Numbered from the stretch's first letter, positions 16,977 to 26,942 are shown. The stretch is DNA of 64,000 nucleotides from Anaerohalosphaeraceae bacterium (GCA_963675525.2 CAXXSL010000016.1:544001-608000), one strand, 5' to 3'. The notes: generated from the sequence alone by a model not told the origin. Program-made: numbers and translations.

Positions 16977-17975
16977 CTACGAAATGGCACTTTCGACCAG
17001 TTCGAGCATTGAGTCAGAGGTTTTTTGAATCTCGTCGATGCATTTTAAATAGGGGCGCATAGAGGAAGCGGACATATGGCCAAGTATGCGGCGAACGATT
17101 TTGACGCTGGCACCACGGAGAAGCATGTGCATGGCGCAGGTATGGCGAAGGGTGGCCGGGGTAGCTTCGACCGGGAGGCCCGCCCGCCGGCTGTATTCTT
17201 TGAGTTTCCGGCGGATGCTGCGCGCGTTCAGAGGCCCTGTATCGCAATTGATGAACAGGGCCGGTTGATTGTTCGAAGCGGGGCATTGCTGCCGGCGCTG
17301 CTCGAGATATTGTCTGAGAACATCGACAGCCCATGCGGGCAGTTTACATTGACGTACCACACTGCCGGAAGTACGAATCTGGACGATGCCCCTGTCGCAA
17401 TCGATCTCTTTGAGGGTAATACTCAGTAACTCGCTGACGCGGATGCCCGTGCAGTAAAGCAGGGCCACGATCGCACGGTCCCGAAACGCCAGCCAATTGT
17501 CGCCGGAAATAGCGTCGAATAACTGCTGGAGCTGTGTATCCTCGAGATATTGCACATCCGCAGAATTGTCCTGGGGAGGAATAACAATGTTGGCCAAGGG
17601 GTCGCTGTCGATTCGATGTATCTCCCTGAGGTAATTGTAGAGGCCCCGAATGGCCGTGATCTTGCGGGTAACGGTTGCCGGGCTGTAATTGGGGGCGAGG
17701 AACTCATCAACATAACGCTGAGCCTTTTGCTGATCGAGGCTGAAGATGCAGGCATCAAGCTCTGGCGGTAAGGAGAATCGGTCGTCGGCTGGCGGCTTTG
17801 AGGCCGGACTGCTGTGAGAATCGGTCAGAAAATCCGTGAATTGATGGAGGTCTTTTCTATAGAAGTCCAGGGTCATGGCCGAACGGTTTTTCTTTTCCTT
17901 TAGATAGGAAAGGTAATTATTCGTCAAATCGCCGGCTTTTTCGTCTGCCTCTTTGAGATTCTCAATATCTTTCAA
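16977..17975 (-). CDS. XerC/XerD-like tyrosine recombinase with degenerate active site
   Basis: SAM-like N-domain (T...Y..DL.QF; T..RKITAIRGLY), RDRAIVALLYCTGIRVSEL, ATPATLRHTCA, LGH...Y. Confidence 0.85.
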   Translation of the reverse strand: MKDIENLKEADEKAGDLTNNYLSYLKEKKNRSAMTLDFYRKDLHQFTDFLTDSHSSPASKPPADDRFSLPPELDACIFSLDQQKAQRYVDEFLAPNYSPATVTRKITAIRGLYNYLREIHRIDSDPLANIVIPPQDNSADVQYLEDTQLQQLFDAISGDNWLAFRDRAIVALLYCTGIRVSELLSITLKEIDCDRGIVQIRTSGSVVRQCKLPAWAVDVLRQYLEQRRQQCPASNNQPALFINCDTGPLNARSIRRKLKEYSRRAGLPVEATPATLRHTCAMHMLLRGASVKIVRRILGHMSASSMRPYLKCIDEIQKTSDSMLELVESAIS

Positions 17976-18096
17976 CTTCTTTCTCCGAACAAATCATTAC
18001 GTAGTCCGCCTTTAGAGAAATTTTATGTAAAAGCGGTCCTCCGATGACAGCTCTTTCTAAAACACCTCTCGGATAAGACACTGATGCGTCTAAATT

Positions 18097-18127
18097 GTAT
18101 ATCGGACTAAATCGCAATGAATCTTAG
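18097..18127 (-). promoter_or_regulatory. Sigma-28 (FliA/WhiG)-like promoter upstream of the Xer-like gene
   Basis: Minus strand CTAAG-N16-TCCGATATAC. Confidence 0.45.
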
Positions 18128-18249
18128 CTTTTTTAGGTGTTTTTTAGGTGTTTTTTTGGGTTGCCTTGCGGTGTTTTACCTTGCGGCCTATAGGGAAATG
18201 TACCTAATGTTCGATTCCGGTTAATGGTTTGCGATTTCATCGGTATGGA

Positions 18250-18420
18250 AAGCGTCGGTACTGTAAGCACTGACAACAAGAGCGTGGTGTCGTTCATGAC
18301 GTTTTCGTCCTGTATTTCGACTTCATCACTTTCATTCAGATAACCCGCCAATGACGCCAGCTCGAGGGAGGGGGGAATAAATAAACACTTAATATAACCG
18401 GAATATGGGGATCGGACTTC
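18250..18420 (-). pseudogene. Possible remnant of a B12-binding radical SAM gene N-terminus
   Basis: SPYSGYIKCLFIPPSLELASLAGYLNESDEVEIQDENV resembles the P.L.LA.LA...EV.I.DE.V start of B12-binding domains; the rest is absent. Confidence 0.35.
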
Positions 18421-18613
18421 CGCTATCCTTATAAACAGCTTGCCTACTCGACACTTGATATGGCATTTGTAGCTATTTTTCGAATCTTCGGGCGATAGAC
18501 GATGTTGAAGCGGTCGTTTTTGTTCCATACGACCAAATTGATCTGAGCCACTTCAGCTTCGCTTCGGTGGGGACCATCGCTTCGGCGTTTGTGAAAGCGC
18601 AAGCCTAAAATGC

Positions 18614-20779
18614 TTAGCTGGCTTCGGGTTCCGGCAGGTTACCTGCCTGGCATGACTGGTAGACCTGCAGACAAACCTGTTGAAGCTCTTCGACCATTTC
18701 CTTTGTTTTTTCTGCAACGGTGGGCTTTAGAATAACCGATTGCTGTAATGCATCTATTTTTTTTCTGAAATCCTGATTACCCCATACCTGTCCGACTTTT
18801 GATATGACTTTGAGGATCTCACCGGCCTGCCTAAAATCGGCATCTGCCAGTACCCGCTGCAGTTCCTGCACCAATTCGGGCAGCATTTGCGTCAGCTCTT
18901 CCGGGTTCAGAATTCCACCGAGCAGCCCGTCCGCTTCCGTCTCCGTCTCACTGGGGGCGGTCTCTTCAGAGGTGTCCGTATTGCTGCGAAGCATCTTCAT
19001 CTTTTTTTCACAAACATTTTGCTGAAGAACTTCCGAAATGGCTTCATAAAGACGCTGACGTGACAGCGGTTTAGTCAGATAACCGGTGCAGCCGGCAGCC
19101 AATGCCTGGTCTTTTTGGATTTCACCGTATTCATCAATTACAATAATCGGAGTCTCAATACCTTGTTCTTTTAATTTGCGGACGACGGATATTCCCTGGC
19201 AGTTCTCTAAGGACAGATTCAGCAGAATGAGATCGAACTCATTCTTTGCGATCTTCTCAAATAATTGCGAGGCATTGCCGCATGTTTTTACATCCAGACC
19301 TGTCCGCCGTAACAGAAGGTTCGTTGTAAGCTGACTGGGAATATTCTCTTCAGCCAGAAGAATCCGCCCGTCATACTGCTGCTGCAGCACATCTTCCTTC
19401 CGGCTTTTCCTGCCGAGTTCGGGAAGTCCACAGGCCGCCCCTTCGATTTGTGTTAAAAGCGGTATGGTTATTGAAAATGTCGCTCCTTCGCCCTGCTGAC
19501 TTGTCAGGCCGATATGCCCGCCCAGAAGCTCCGTCAGTTGCTTGGTAATCGTCAATCCGAGGCCGGTGCCACCAAATTTTCGAGCGGTCGACATCTCTTC
19601 CTGTGAATAGGATTTAAAAATAGCCTCCTGTTTTTCCGGGCTGATGCCAATCCCGGTATCCTGTATATCAAAACGTATCCGCGCACAGTCGCCCTGCTGT
19701 TCTACATTGGCATATAATGCCACATGGCCCTGTTCGGTAAACTTGACAGCATTTCCGATCAGATTGATCAGGCACTGTTTCAGGCGCAACGGATCGGTAA
19801 AGATCGTTTGGGGCAGATGCGGATCCAACTGCACGATAAACTCCAGCCCCTTGCGGCGTGCACCGGCTTCTATCATGGCCTGAATATCGCTGATAAGTTC
19901 CGTCAGATCACAGGCAATAATCTCGATGTTCATTTTGCCGGCCTCCAACTTGGAGAACTCGAGGATATCATTAATCAGTGCCAGCAATCCACTGGCCGAT
20001 CGATGAATGGTGTTGGCATAATCGGCCTGTTCATCATCTAATTCCGTCTGTAGAAGTAAATCTGAAAATCCAATAATTGAATTCATGGGAGTTCGCAAAT
20101 CATGACTGGAACTGGCAAGGATTTCACTTTTCGCCTGATTGGATCGATGTGCCTGCTCGGCAGATTCTTTGGCTTTTTCGGCAGCAACTTTCAGCTGCTC
20201 ATTGGCAATTTCAATTTCCTGTTTGGCGCGAACCAGACGATCTTCGGCCTTTTTTCGCTCGGTAATATTCTGAGCAAACACCATCACACCGGAGATGGTT
20301 CCGTATTTTTTATTTCTAAGCGGAATACGGTCTACCACTGCCCAGTAATTGTTCCCGTCAAAGCTTTTAAACGAACGAAGCTGATGGCGGATCGGCTGGC
20401 CCGATTGGATCACCTCATTATCCTGTTGGCGGGAACGCTCGGCGCCGTCGGGGAAAAGTTCATAATAATTCTTCCCGACCAACTCCTGCATGGGCCTGCC
20501 AACGGAATCGGCGGCACATTGATTGACACGAAGAATTTTTCCTTCCGGGTTTCGGTACCAAATCATCGCCGGTACGGAATCGAAAATCGTTACAAACTCC
20601 TGACGTGATTTTTTGAGCTTTTTAACCACCTGAGCACTGTACTCTTCGCATCGGCTCAGCTTTTCTTCGGCCTGCTGCAACTGTTCTTTGAGCTGACGAA
20701 TGACATCAATCGCCTGTTCACCGTCAACTAATGATTCGATCTCAGGCCCAAGGACTTCTTTTTTTATATCATCATCCAT
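18614..20779 (-). CDS. Cytoplasmic hybrid histidine kinase PAS-HisKA-HATPase-(pseudo)REC-(degenerate Hpt-like)
   Basis: PAS (IFDSVPAMIWY...NQCAA), H-box SHDLRTPMN, NLIGNAVKFT, DTGIGI, GGTGLGL; receiver has LILLN in place of LILMD. Confidence 0.92.
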   Translation of the reverse strand: MDDDIKKEVLGPEIESLVDGEQAIDVIRQLKEQLQQAEEKLSRCEEYSAQVVKKLKKSRQEFVTIFDSVPAMIWYRNPEGKILRVNQCAADSVGRPMQELVGKNYYELFPDGAERSRQQDNEVIQSGQPIRHQLRSFKSFDGNNYWAVVDRIPLRNKKYGTISGVMVFAQNITERKKAEDRLVRAKQEIEIANEQLKVAAEKAKESAEQAHRSNQAKSEILASSSHDLRTPMNSIIGFSDLLLQTELDDEQADYANTIHRSASGLLALINDILEFSKLEAGKMNIEIIACDLTELISDIQAMIEAGARRKGLEFIVQLDPHLPQTIFTDPLRLKQCLINLIGNAVKFTEQGHVALYANVEQQGDCARIRFDIQDTGIGISPEKQEAIFKSYSQEEMSTARKFGGTGLGLTITKQLTELLGGHIGLTSQQGEGATFSITIPLLTQIEGAACGLPELGRKSRKEDVLQQQYDGRILLAEENIPSQLTTNLLLRRTGLDVKTCGNASQLFEKIAKNEFDLILLNLSLENCQGISVVRKLKEQGIETPIIVIDEYGEIQKDQALAAGCTGYLTKPLSRQRLYEAISEVLQQNVCEKKMKMLRSNTDTSEETAPSETETEADGLLGGILNPEELTQMLPELVQELQRVLADADFRQAGEILKVISKVGQVWGNQDFRKKIDALQQSVILKPTVAEKTKEMVEELQQVCLQVYQSCQAGNLPEPEAS

Positions 20780-20963
20780 TCAGAATTTCCCTTCAGCTCC
20801 GCACAATCTGACAATTGATTAAATGCATTGTCCTACTTGCCAGGCTCTGCGTCAACATTTTCCTGAAGATTATTCGCATTTTCATACACATCGCCTCCTC
20901 TCCAGAGAGCGGTTTTAGGCCTCACTTCAACGGCTTCGGCAACCTGTCCCGGCAGGCAATACC

Positions 20964-21593
20964 TTACTTTTGTTCCATCAGCTGTTCGGCCTTTCGTGAA
21001 ACGGCTTTAAGCTGCTCATTGCATCTTTCGATTTCTTTTTTAGCGTGAACAAGACGCTCTTCGGCTATTTTTTTTTCGGTCACGTCCTGAACAAATATCA
21101 TCACGCCGGTTATTTCGCCATCCTCGTTCTTGAGCGGAATATGGTCCTCGGAAGCCCAACGCACCAATCCTTCTTTTGTTTTAAATCGTCTCAAGCATCC
21201 CTTTATCGACTGGCCGGTGGTCATGATCTCTAAGTCCTGTTGACGTGACAGTTTGGTCCCCTCTGTCACCAAATCGTAATAGTTCTTTCCGATAAGCTCA
21301 CGTACCGTCATCCCTACCTGATCGGCAGCGGGCTGATTGGCACGAAGGATCTTTCCCTGTCCGTCACAGTACCAAATCGCAGCGGGAACCGAATCGAAAA
21401 TCATCAGGAAATCACGACGTGACTTTTTGAGTATCTGAACAAATTTTAATTTTTCCTCTTCGCTTTCCATAAACCCCTGTTTGGCATGTTTCAGGCCATT
21501 TTGAAGCTGGTCAAGAAACTGTCCGGCGGAATCGGAAAACGCTGATTCTTTGCCACAGGGCTGATGACTTGTTTTATTAATGTATTCTCCCAT
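20964..21593 (-). CDS. Stand-alone PAS-domain protein, paralog of the kinase N-terminus
   Basis: KKSRRDFLMIFDSVPAAIWY...GKNYY...GVMIFVQDVTEKK..EERLV.AK.EIE aligns with the kinase; ATG 21593 after GGAG. Confidence 0.85.
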   Translation of the reverse strand: MGEYINKTSHQPCGKESAFSDSAGQFLDQLQNGLKHAKQGFMESEEEKLKFVQILKKSRRDFLMIFDSVPAAIWYCDGQGKILRANQPAADQVGMTVRELIGKNYYDLVTEGTKLSRQQDLEIMTTGQSIKGCLRRFKTKEGLVRWASEDHIPLKNEDGEITGVMIFVQDVTEKKIAEERLVHAKKEIERCNEQLKAVSRKAEQLMEQK

Positions 21594-21800
21594 TACATAC
21601 TCCAAAAGATGTTTTAAATGACGCTTGTCGAACAAGCGAGACTTCAACGGACTAAGATTGCGAACTGTCAGATCATCTGTTCAGAAAAACAGATAACCGG
21701 CGAACCGCAACCTTCCCTCGCCGAAAAAATCTCTGTTTAATGAAAGACAGAAAAAGACTTGTGCGACAGTTGCACCATGCATTTAAACCTTTAACACATA

Positions 21801-21830
21801 GTATATCGGGTAAACAAAGAATTGACTTGA
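21801..21830 (-). promoter_or_regulatory. Sigma-28-like promoter upstream of the PAS/kinase genes
   Basis: Minus strand TCAAG-N15-CCCGATATAC. Confidence 0.5.
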
Positions 21831-21921
21831 TGGGGATTAATACCTAATTTTCAAGAAAATGCGACTTTTATCGCTCACTTGGATTGAAAATCGATCGATC
21901 TTTTTTGTCATTTCCGACGGT

Positions 21922-22569
21922 TCAGGTCGTCGTGATCCCTTCGCGTATGGCATATTTGGTCAATCCGGCAATATTACGAATTCCCAGTTTCTCCATAATA
22001 TGTTCGCGGTGAGAGTCGATCGTTTTAGGGCTTAAATGCAGCGTTACGGCAATTTCTTTCGTTGTATGTCCTTCGGCCACAAGCTGCAGTACTTCCCGCT
22101 CCCGCTTGCTGAGCCCGTCGCCCTCGAGCCATTTGGGGTTTGTAATAATGTTGATATAATCGGAGAAAACAACTTTTGATATTTTTGAACACAGGAATGT
22201 TTTTCCTGAGAGCATCAATTTGATGCCGTCGACCAATTCCTCAAATGCCGACTCTTTGAGCATATAGCCGGAAGCCCCTGATTTGATCATTTTGGCGACA
22301 ATCGTTCCTTCTGAATGTGTTGACAGGGCCATGATCTTAATCTTGGGATTCCTGGAAAGGATTTGCCGGGTCGCTTCAATGCCGTTAAGGTTCGGCATTC
22401 CGATATCCATGATAACAACCTCCGGCCGAAGTTCATAAACCAACTCCAAAGCCTTGCGCCCATCAGCGGCCTGTCCGACAACTTCAAACTCGGCATGTTT
22501 ACGAAGCAGTGCGCGCATTCCCTCGCGCATGATTTCATGATCGTCAACCAATAATACTTTTATAGACAT
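21922..22569 (-). CDS. NarL/LuxR-family response regulator
   Basis: VLLVDDH, IMDIGMP.LNGIEAT, GYMLK; LSKREREVLQLVAEG.TTKEIA..LHLSPKTI..HR LuxR HTH. Confidence 0.95.
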   Translation of the reverse strand: MSIKVLLVDDHEIMREGMRALLRKHAEFEVVGQAADGRKALELVYELRPEVVIMDIGMPNLNGIEATRQILSRNPKIKIMALSTHSEGTIVAKMIKSGASGYMLKESAFEELVDGIKLMLSGKTFLCSKISKVVFSDYINIITNPKWLEGDGLSKREREVLQLVAEGHTTKEIAVTLHLSPKTIDSHREHIMEKLGIRNIAGLTKYAIREGITTT

Positions 22570-22828
22570 AGCCCAATCCCTCTACTTGCTGGCGCTTTAC
22601 ACCTTTTATTATTAACGCCGGCCCTCTTTTTACTGCTACAATTTAAACCCTGTTCATAATAAATGCAATATCTTTTTGTTCTTCATTCGGGGTATTTTCC
22701 AATTAATCGCTTGTATGGTTTTCTTTAGAATCCTCATAACTTCTTTTTTTGAATAAAGTTACGGGTTATCTGGCCGCAGGTAGGGGGGCATACAGAGGGA
22801 TTCGAGATTTATATTATGTTCGCGCTCT

Positions 22829-23983
22829 TTAGTGGCATATCTGGCCAACGTGCCCGCTTCGCAAGTCAGCGATCAAATTGAGCATTTTGTCGGCCTGACA
22901 CCGAATCCGCTCGTCGGGATGCGTGACGCGTGCATTCCATTTACGATACTCCTGATTGAGCCTGCTTCGGAATGTCTCCTCATCCATGGATTCATCAATA
23001 CCAAGCAAGAAGGAGGGATTTTCAATTCGACAGTCTGACATCAACAGTATCTTTTGACAGGAAGATAATAATCGGCTCTGCTGAATCCCCAGGTTTCGGG
23101 ATATCCCAATGAGATGATCAGTTTGTCCTGTAGTAATTGCTTTACCCTCGACAATCACCTTCAGAATCAGTTCAATCGCAGCGAATCTGTCGGTTTGGTC
23201 GCCATGGGCCAGCAGTCGATCGACTGCCTGTTCGATGCTCGATACATTGTCGGCGGTTTGAACAGATTGGAACCATTCTGCCAGCCGGTCCGCGACAGGA
23301 AAACTTTGTGCTTTTTGATCAACCCATTCGGTAATCCGCTGTTTTGCCTGTTCGGCTAACGTCTCCCCGGGCGCCCCAACCATTGCGGCCAGTTGAACGG
23401 AGGATTTGAGTACCATCAGCTTTCGGTCCTGAATTTCCTTATAGCCGTCCCGGCAGTGAATATATTCGATCATTTGCTGATCGGAAATTAAGATCTCACC
23501 GGTCTGGCGGTCCAGAACAGAAACTTTGAACAATAATTTTCGGCGTCCGCGACAAGCAAATCGCAACACATGACACGGAATTTTAATGATTGTCATCCAG
23601 GATACCAGAACGGCATTTTTTTTCGGAACAATCCCATTATGTGTGCTATAAAAAAATCCGGGATATTTCGCAGCACGATACTGCGGGTCCACTGACAAAA
23701 CCGGTACCGGATGAAAATATCCATCCGTAACATCGGTTATTTCCACAGAGACATCCGTATCCATATTGTCACAGGGGGTGGGTATTCGCCCGATCATCTG
23801 AACAGAAAAAACACTGTCCTGATTGATCGGTTGCGATTCATTTATCAGGCATTCGGCTTTGCAGGTAAACTTGTAACGGCTCATGCCGCCCAAACACTGC
23901 AACAGGACCGGCCGCAAAGGCGAAAACCAAAGCGCTGTCAGTCCTAAGAGAGCAATACATAAAACCGTTATTCCAATCGTCAT
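22829..23983 (-). CDS. Membrane-anchored protein with TerB-like region and atypical C-terminal J-like domain
   Basis: N-terminal hydrophobic anchor; C-terminus LLGID...FRSRLNQEYRKWNARVTHPDERIR..A..ML.LI..LR with an HPD tripeptide; DjlA-like layout. Confidence 0.6.
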   Translation of the reverse strand: MTIGITVLCIALLGLTALWFSPLRPVLLQCLGGMSRYKFTCKAECLINESQPINQDSVFSVQMIGRIPTPCDNMDTDVSVEITDVTDGYFHPVPVLSVDPQYRAAKYPGFFYSTHNGIVPKKNAVLVSWMTIIKIPCHVLRFACRGRRKLLFKVSVLDRQTGEILISDQQMIEYIHCRDGYKEIQDRKLMVLKSSVQLAAMVGAPGETLAEQAKQRITEWVDQKAQSFPVADRLAEWFQSVQTADNVSSIEQAVDRLLAHGDQTDRFAAIELILKVIVEGKAITTGQTDHLIGISRNLGIQQSRLLSSCQKILLMSDCRIENPSFLLGIDESMDEETFRSRLNQEYRKWNARVTHPDERIRCQADKMLNLIADLRSGHVGQICH

Positions 23984-23995
23984 CGTAGAATCACA

Positions 23996-25543
23996 TCACT
24001 GAACCTTAAACGTATCCATTTCCTGTATCGTCTTATCGGCGGCACTTTTCTTGAACTGGCCGTCTTCTTCGGCGCAAAATTCAACTTCCAGTGTTCGACC
24101 CGATTCCTGATCCAAAAACGTACAATGCATTCGTTGGTTAACATCGTAACTGTATCGCACGTGTATCGGTTGATTAGCGGGTCGGTCCGGCGGCAGTTCA
24201 AAAACCTCCGAGGCAATTTTGTTAACATAAAGAGGATCTTCGTCCTCACCTTGTGTAATCGCTACATGCAGTTCACTCTGTCCATCAGTCATGGTATAAA
24301 ATGTCTGTGTCTCTTCGCAAGGCAATGGTGTATTCTTCTTAAGAATAATCGAGTTTCGAATCACGTGTTTCCCGGTTTCTTCGTCGATGGGCGCGCAGAT
24401 CGTTCCATAGCTGTGGTTGCAAACATCCTCAAACTGAACATCCTTCAGGCCGGAAACGATTCCCTGGGATACCTTTTCAGGTGCATCGCGCATCAGTGTC
24501 AGACCGGCATGGATCGCTGCTCCGAGAGCGACACATTCATCGACATTCACCGCGATCTCCGGTTCAAAGCCGAACTTTTCCTTAAGACGCCGACGGACGA
24601 TGGGCATACGCGTACTTCCGCCCACCAGCAGAACCTTCTGGATTTCCGATACGTTGGATTTGGCTTCTTCCAGTGCGACCTCAATCAGAATTTCAGTGCG
24701 GGCAATCAGCGAATCGATCGCCCCTTCATATTGCTCCCGTGTAATTTCGGCCCGCACGGAACCGGCATTACCGTAGAGTATTTTTCGGATAGAGTTTCTT
24801 CGAGACAGTGTTTTCTTGACATCTTCAGCCTCGTCTTCATATTTGGCGCGGTCCTGGTCACTTTGAATCAGCTCTTCATTATATTCCTTCCGATAAGCCT
24901 CTTCGAACAGTTCGACAATCTTTTTGTCGAAATCCACACCACCCAAGGCATGATCGCCCTGACTGCAGGCAATCTTCATATTTTGTCCGTCAATATCGAG
25001 AACGGTGACATCAAACGTACCGCCGCCAAGGTCATAAACCAGCACCCGCCCTTTGACCTGCTGAGTCGTGGCATAATATAATGCGGCCGCCACCGGCTCA
25101 TTGACGATGCCGATCACGTTAAGCCCAGCCAGTATTCCGGCGTCCATCGTTGCTTTTCGGCGAACCTCATCAAAGTGTGCGGGCACAGAGATCACCACGT
25201 CTTCGATCGGGCTTTCAATGGAGCCATCCTGTTTGAGCTTTTTGAGAATAAGACTGGAAATCTCTTCCGGTGTCCAGTTCCTGTCATCGATGGACTTTTC
25301 CCAGTTCTTGTCGCCCATGAACCGTTTGATCCACCGGACAGCCCGATCAGGGTTGAGTTGGCGGCAGTTGACAGCCTCCAAGCCGACACGAATCGCCCCG
25401 GCTTCTTCATCGTCAAAATACACCGCCGACGGTGTAATCCGTTCCCCTTCACTGTTGGGAACAATTTCAGGGCGTCCAATTCCGTTCAGTCGTGCCAGTG
25501 CCGAAAACGTTGTTCCTAAATCTATTCCTGCAATTGTACTCAT
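23996..25543 (-). CDS. Hsp70-family protein (DnaK paralog lacking the C-terminal lid)
   Basis: GIDLGTT, NEPVAAA, YDLGGGTFD, LGGVDFD, LVGGSTRMP, DECVALGAA; about 515 aa; ATG 25543. Confidence 0.93.
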   Translation of the reverse strand: MSTIAGIDLGTTFSALARLNGIGRPEIVPNSEGERITPSAVYFDDEEAGAIRVGLEAVNCRQLNPDRAVRWIKRFMGDKNWEKSIDDRNWTPEEISSLILKKLKQDGSIESPIEDVVISVPAHFDEVRRKATMDAGILAGLNVIGIVNEPVAAALYYATTQQVKGRVLVYDLGGGTFDVTVLDIDGQNMKIACSQGDHALGGVDFDKKIVELFEEAYRKEYNEELIQSDQDRAKYEDEAEDVKKTLSRRNSIRKILYGNAGSVRAEITREQYEGAIDSLIARTEILIEVALEEAKSNVSEIQKVLLVGGSTRMPIVRRRLKEKFGFEPEIAVNVDECVALGAAIHAGLTLMRDAPEKVSQGIVSGLKDVQFEDVCNHSYGTICAPIDEETGKHVIRNSIILKKNTPLPCEETQTFYTMTDGQSELHVAITQGEDEDPLYVNKIASEVFELPPDRPANQPIHVRYSYDVNQRMHCTFLDQESGRTLEVEFCAEEDGQFKKSAADKTIQEMDTFKVQ

Positions 25544-25559
25544 GTTTGATTCCTCTTTC

Positions 25560-26942
25560 TTATTTGGCATCGTACAACTTTACTTGCGCACAACGCACAA
25601 TTTTTACGTCATCATCATTAATCAAATATTGGTAACCGGGGCGTGCGATCTCCGCAATGCAGCCGATCAGTGATTCATCCTCTGTCGGAACACGCTGACG
25701 AACCGCCTCGACATATTTTTCAAGCCCTTTAAAGGGCGATTTCAAATCCGGATTAAATTGCTCGATCCCGCTGGATTCCAACCCAAAAACAAGCTCGTCG
25801 CGAATATCTTCCAGACACGCTGTCAATTCAGAGCCTGGTTCATTCAGCCGTGTGATGCGATCGTCAATATTGTCAATGGAACGAATCACTCGCATACAAA
25901 ATCTGCGAATGATCATCCAATCGTAGCCATCCTGGAGTTTTCTGACCTGATCCTGCTGCTGGGCGGCAAACTGACGAATGGCCGAAACTTCTTCGGTCAG
26001 TTCCGTCAGTTCTTTGGTCAGCGGTTCGGTTGTCATCAGCGATTCCAGAGATGCGGATTCATCCGCATCGATAGCCCAGCCAAAATACGGATCTTTCGAT
26101 GGTCTGTCCTCTTCGAACACCGCCTGTGATGATGCAGATAATTTAGATAACGATTTTTTGCCGGTTTCCGAATCAGCGGTTGTGGTTTCAGATTTACTTG
26201 AACCCTTTTTAATTGATTCAAAATAACCTGGGGTTCGTCTAGCAGAAGAAGGTGTTTCTTTCTGATCCTCCTGATTTTGAGTATCTTCTGTGTCTGGGGT
26301 GGGCTGAGAGGTATCCTCGGTATCGGCCTGAGGTTCTGTCTCGTCCGGTTGTTCCGACAACGCCGGTTTGTCGTCTGTTTCGAGGGTTTCCTGGAAATGT
26401 TTTTCTATGACCTCACGCGCTTCTTCTCTGGAGCGGCGAATCCTGCCAAGACAACTGGAAATCAAAACATTTCCTGCCCCCCCTGCGATGATCACTCCGC
26501 TACAGGCAAAAAGAAATACTGTTGCGATAAAAATCGCATCAGCCTTTTTGCATTCACTGCGATACAGTTCGACTTCGCTTCGCCAACCGTAGCCATACAA
26601 GACCTCGGCCAACTCCTCGGGACACTGCTTCAGTCCTTTATCTAAATCCGGAACATCCGCCAGCAAACGAGCCGATTGTCCATCTTTCAAGCGTTTCTGA
26701 ATTTCGGGGCCTCCATAGGGATCCTGTCCCCACGGGTTTTCGGCTTTTTCTTCCGGCGGCAAGCTGATCCAGCGGTCATACATGGTCAGATACTCTTCCG
26801 TCGCCGGGTTTTCAGCCGTTATCCGGGCAGCTTGGGCAATTCGGTCATTTAAGGCTTTTCGCTGCGCATGATGATAGCCCAGTCCTACCGCACCGGTTAC
26901 CATCAGGATCAATGCCCATAATATCCATGTGTGTTTTTTCAT
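25560..26942 (-). CDS. Membrane protein with C-terminal GrpE-like domain
   Basis: Two hydrophobic segments, acidic linker, coiled coil, then LESSGIEQF...EAV...IAEIARPGYQY...IVRCAQVKL resembling the GrpE beta-domain. Confidence 0.7.
   Translation of the reverse strand: MKKHTWILWALILMVTGAVGLGYHHAQRKALNDRIAQAARITAENPATEEYLTMYDRWISLPPEEKAENPWGQDPYGGPEIQKRLKDGQSARLLADVPDLDKGLKQCPEELAEVLYGYGWRSEVELYRSECKKADAIFIATVFLFACSGVIIAGGAGNVLISSCLGRIRRSREEAREVIEKHFQETLETDDKPALSEQPDETEPQADTEDTSQPTPDTEDTQNQEDQKETPSSARRTPGYFESIKKGSSKSETTTADSETGKKSLSKLSASSQAVFEEDRPSKDPYFGWAIDADESASLESLMTTEPLTKELTELTEEVSAIRQFAAQQQDQVRKLQDGYDWMIIRRFCMRVIRSIDNIDDRITRLNEPGSELTACLEDIRDELVFGLESSGIEQFNPDLKSPFKGLEKYVEAVRQRVPTEDESLIGCIAEIARPGYQYLINDDDVKIVRCAQVKLYDAK

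Noticed and set aside
16977..17975. Prophage or island integrase
   Set aside because: No phage or cargo genes or att repeats adjacent; Xer-like sequence with a degenerate active site.
21660..21790. Riboswitch in the PAS gene leader (also checked 17980-18090 and 53580-53645)
   Set aside because: Some hairpins are present, but I could not match conserved motifs of any riboswitch class; needs an Infernal scan.
24125..25081. 318-aa plus-strand ORF opposite Hsp70
   Set aside because: Antisense open frames are common opposite Hsp70 genes; no independent coding evidence.
23996..25543. Housekeeping dnaK of a canonical grpE-dnaK-dnaJ operon
   Set aside because: Too short, lacks the lid and the DVLLLDV linker; the neighbours are membrane proteins rather than canonical GrpE and DnaJ.
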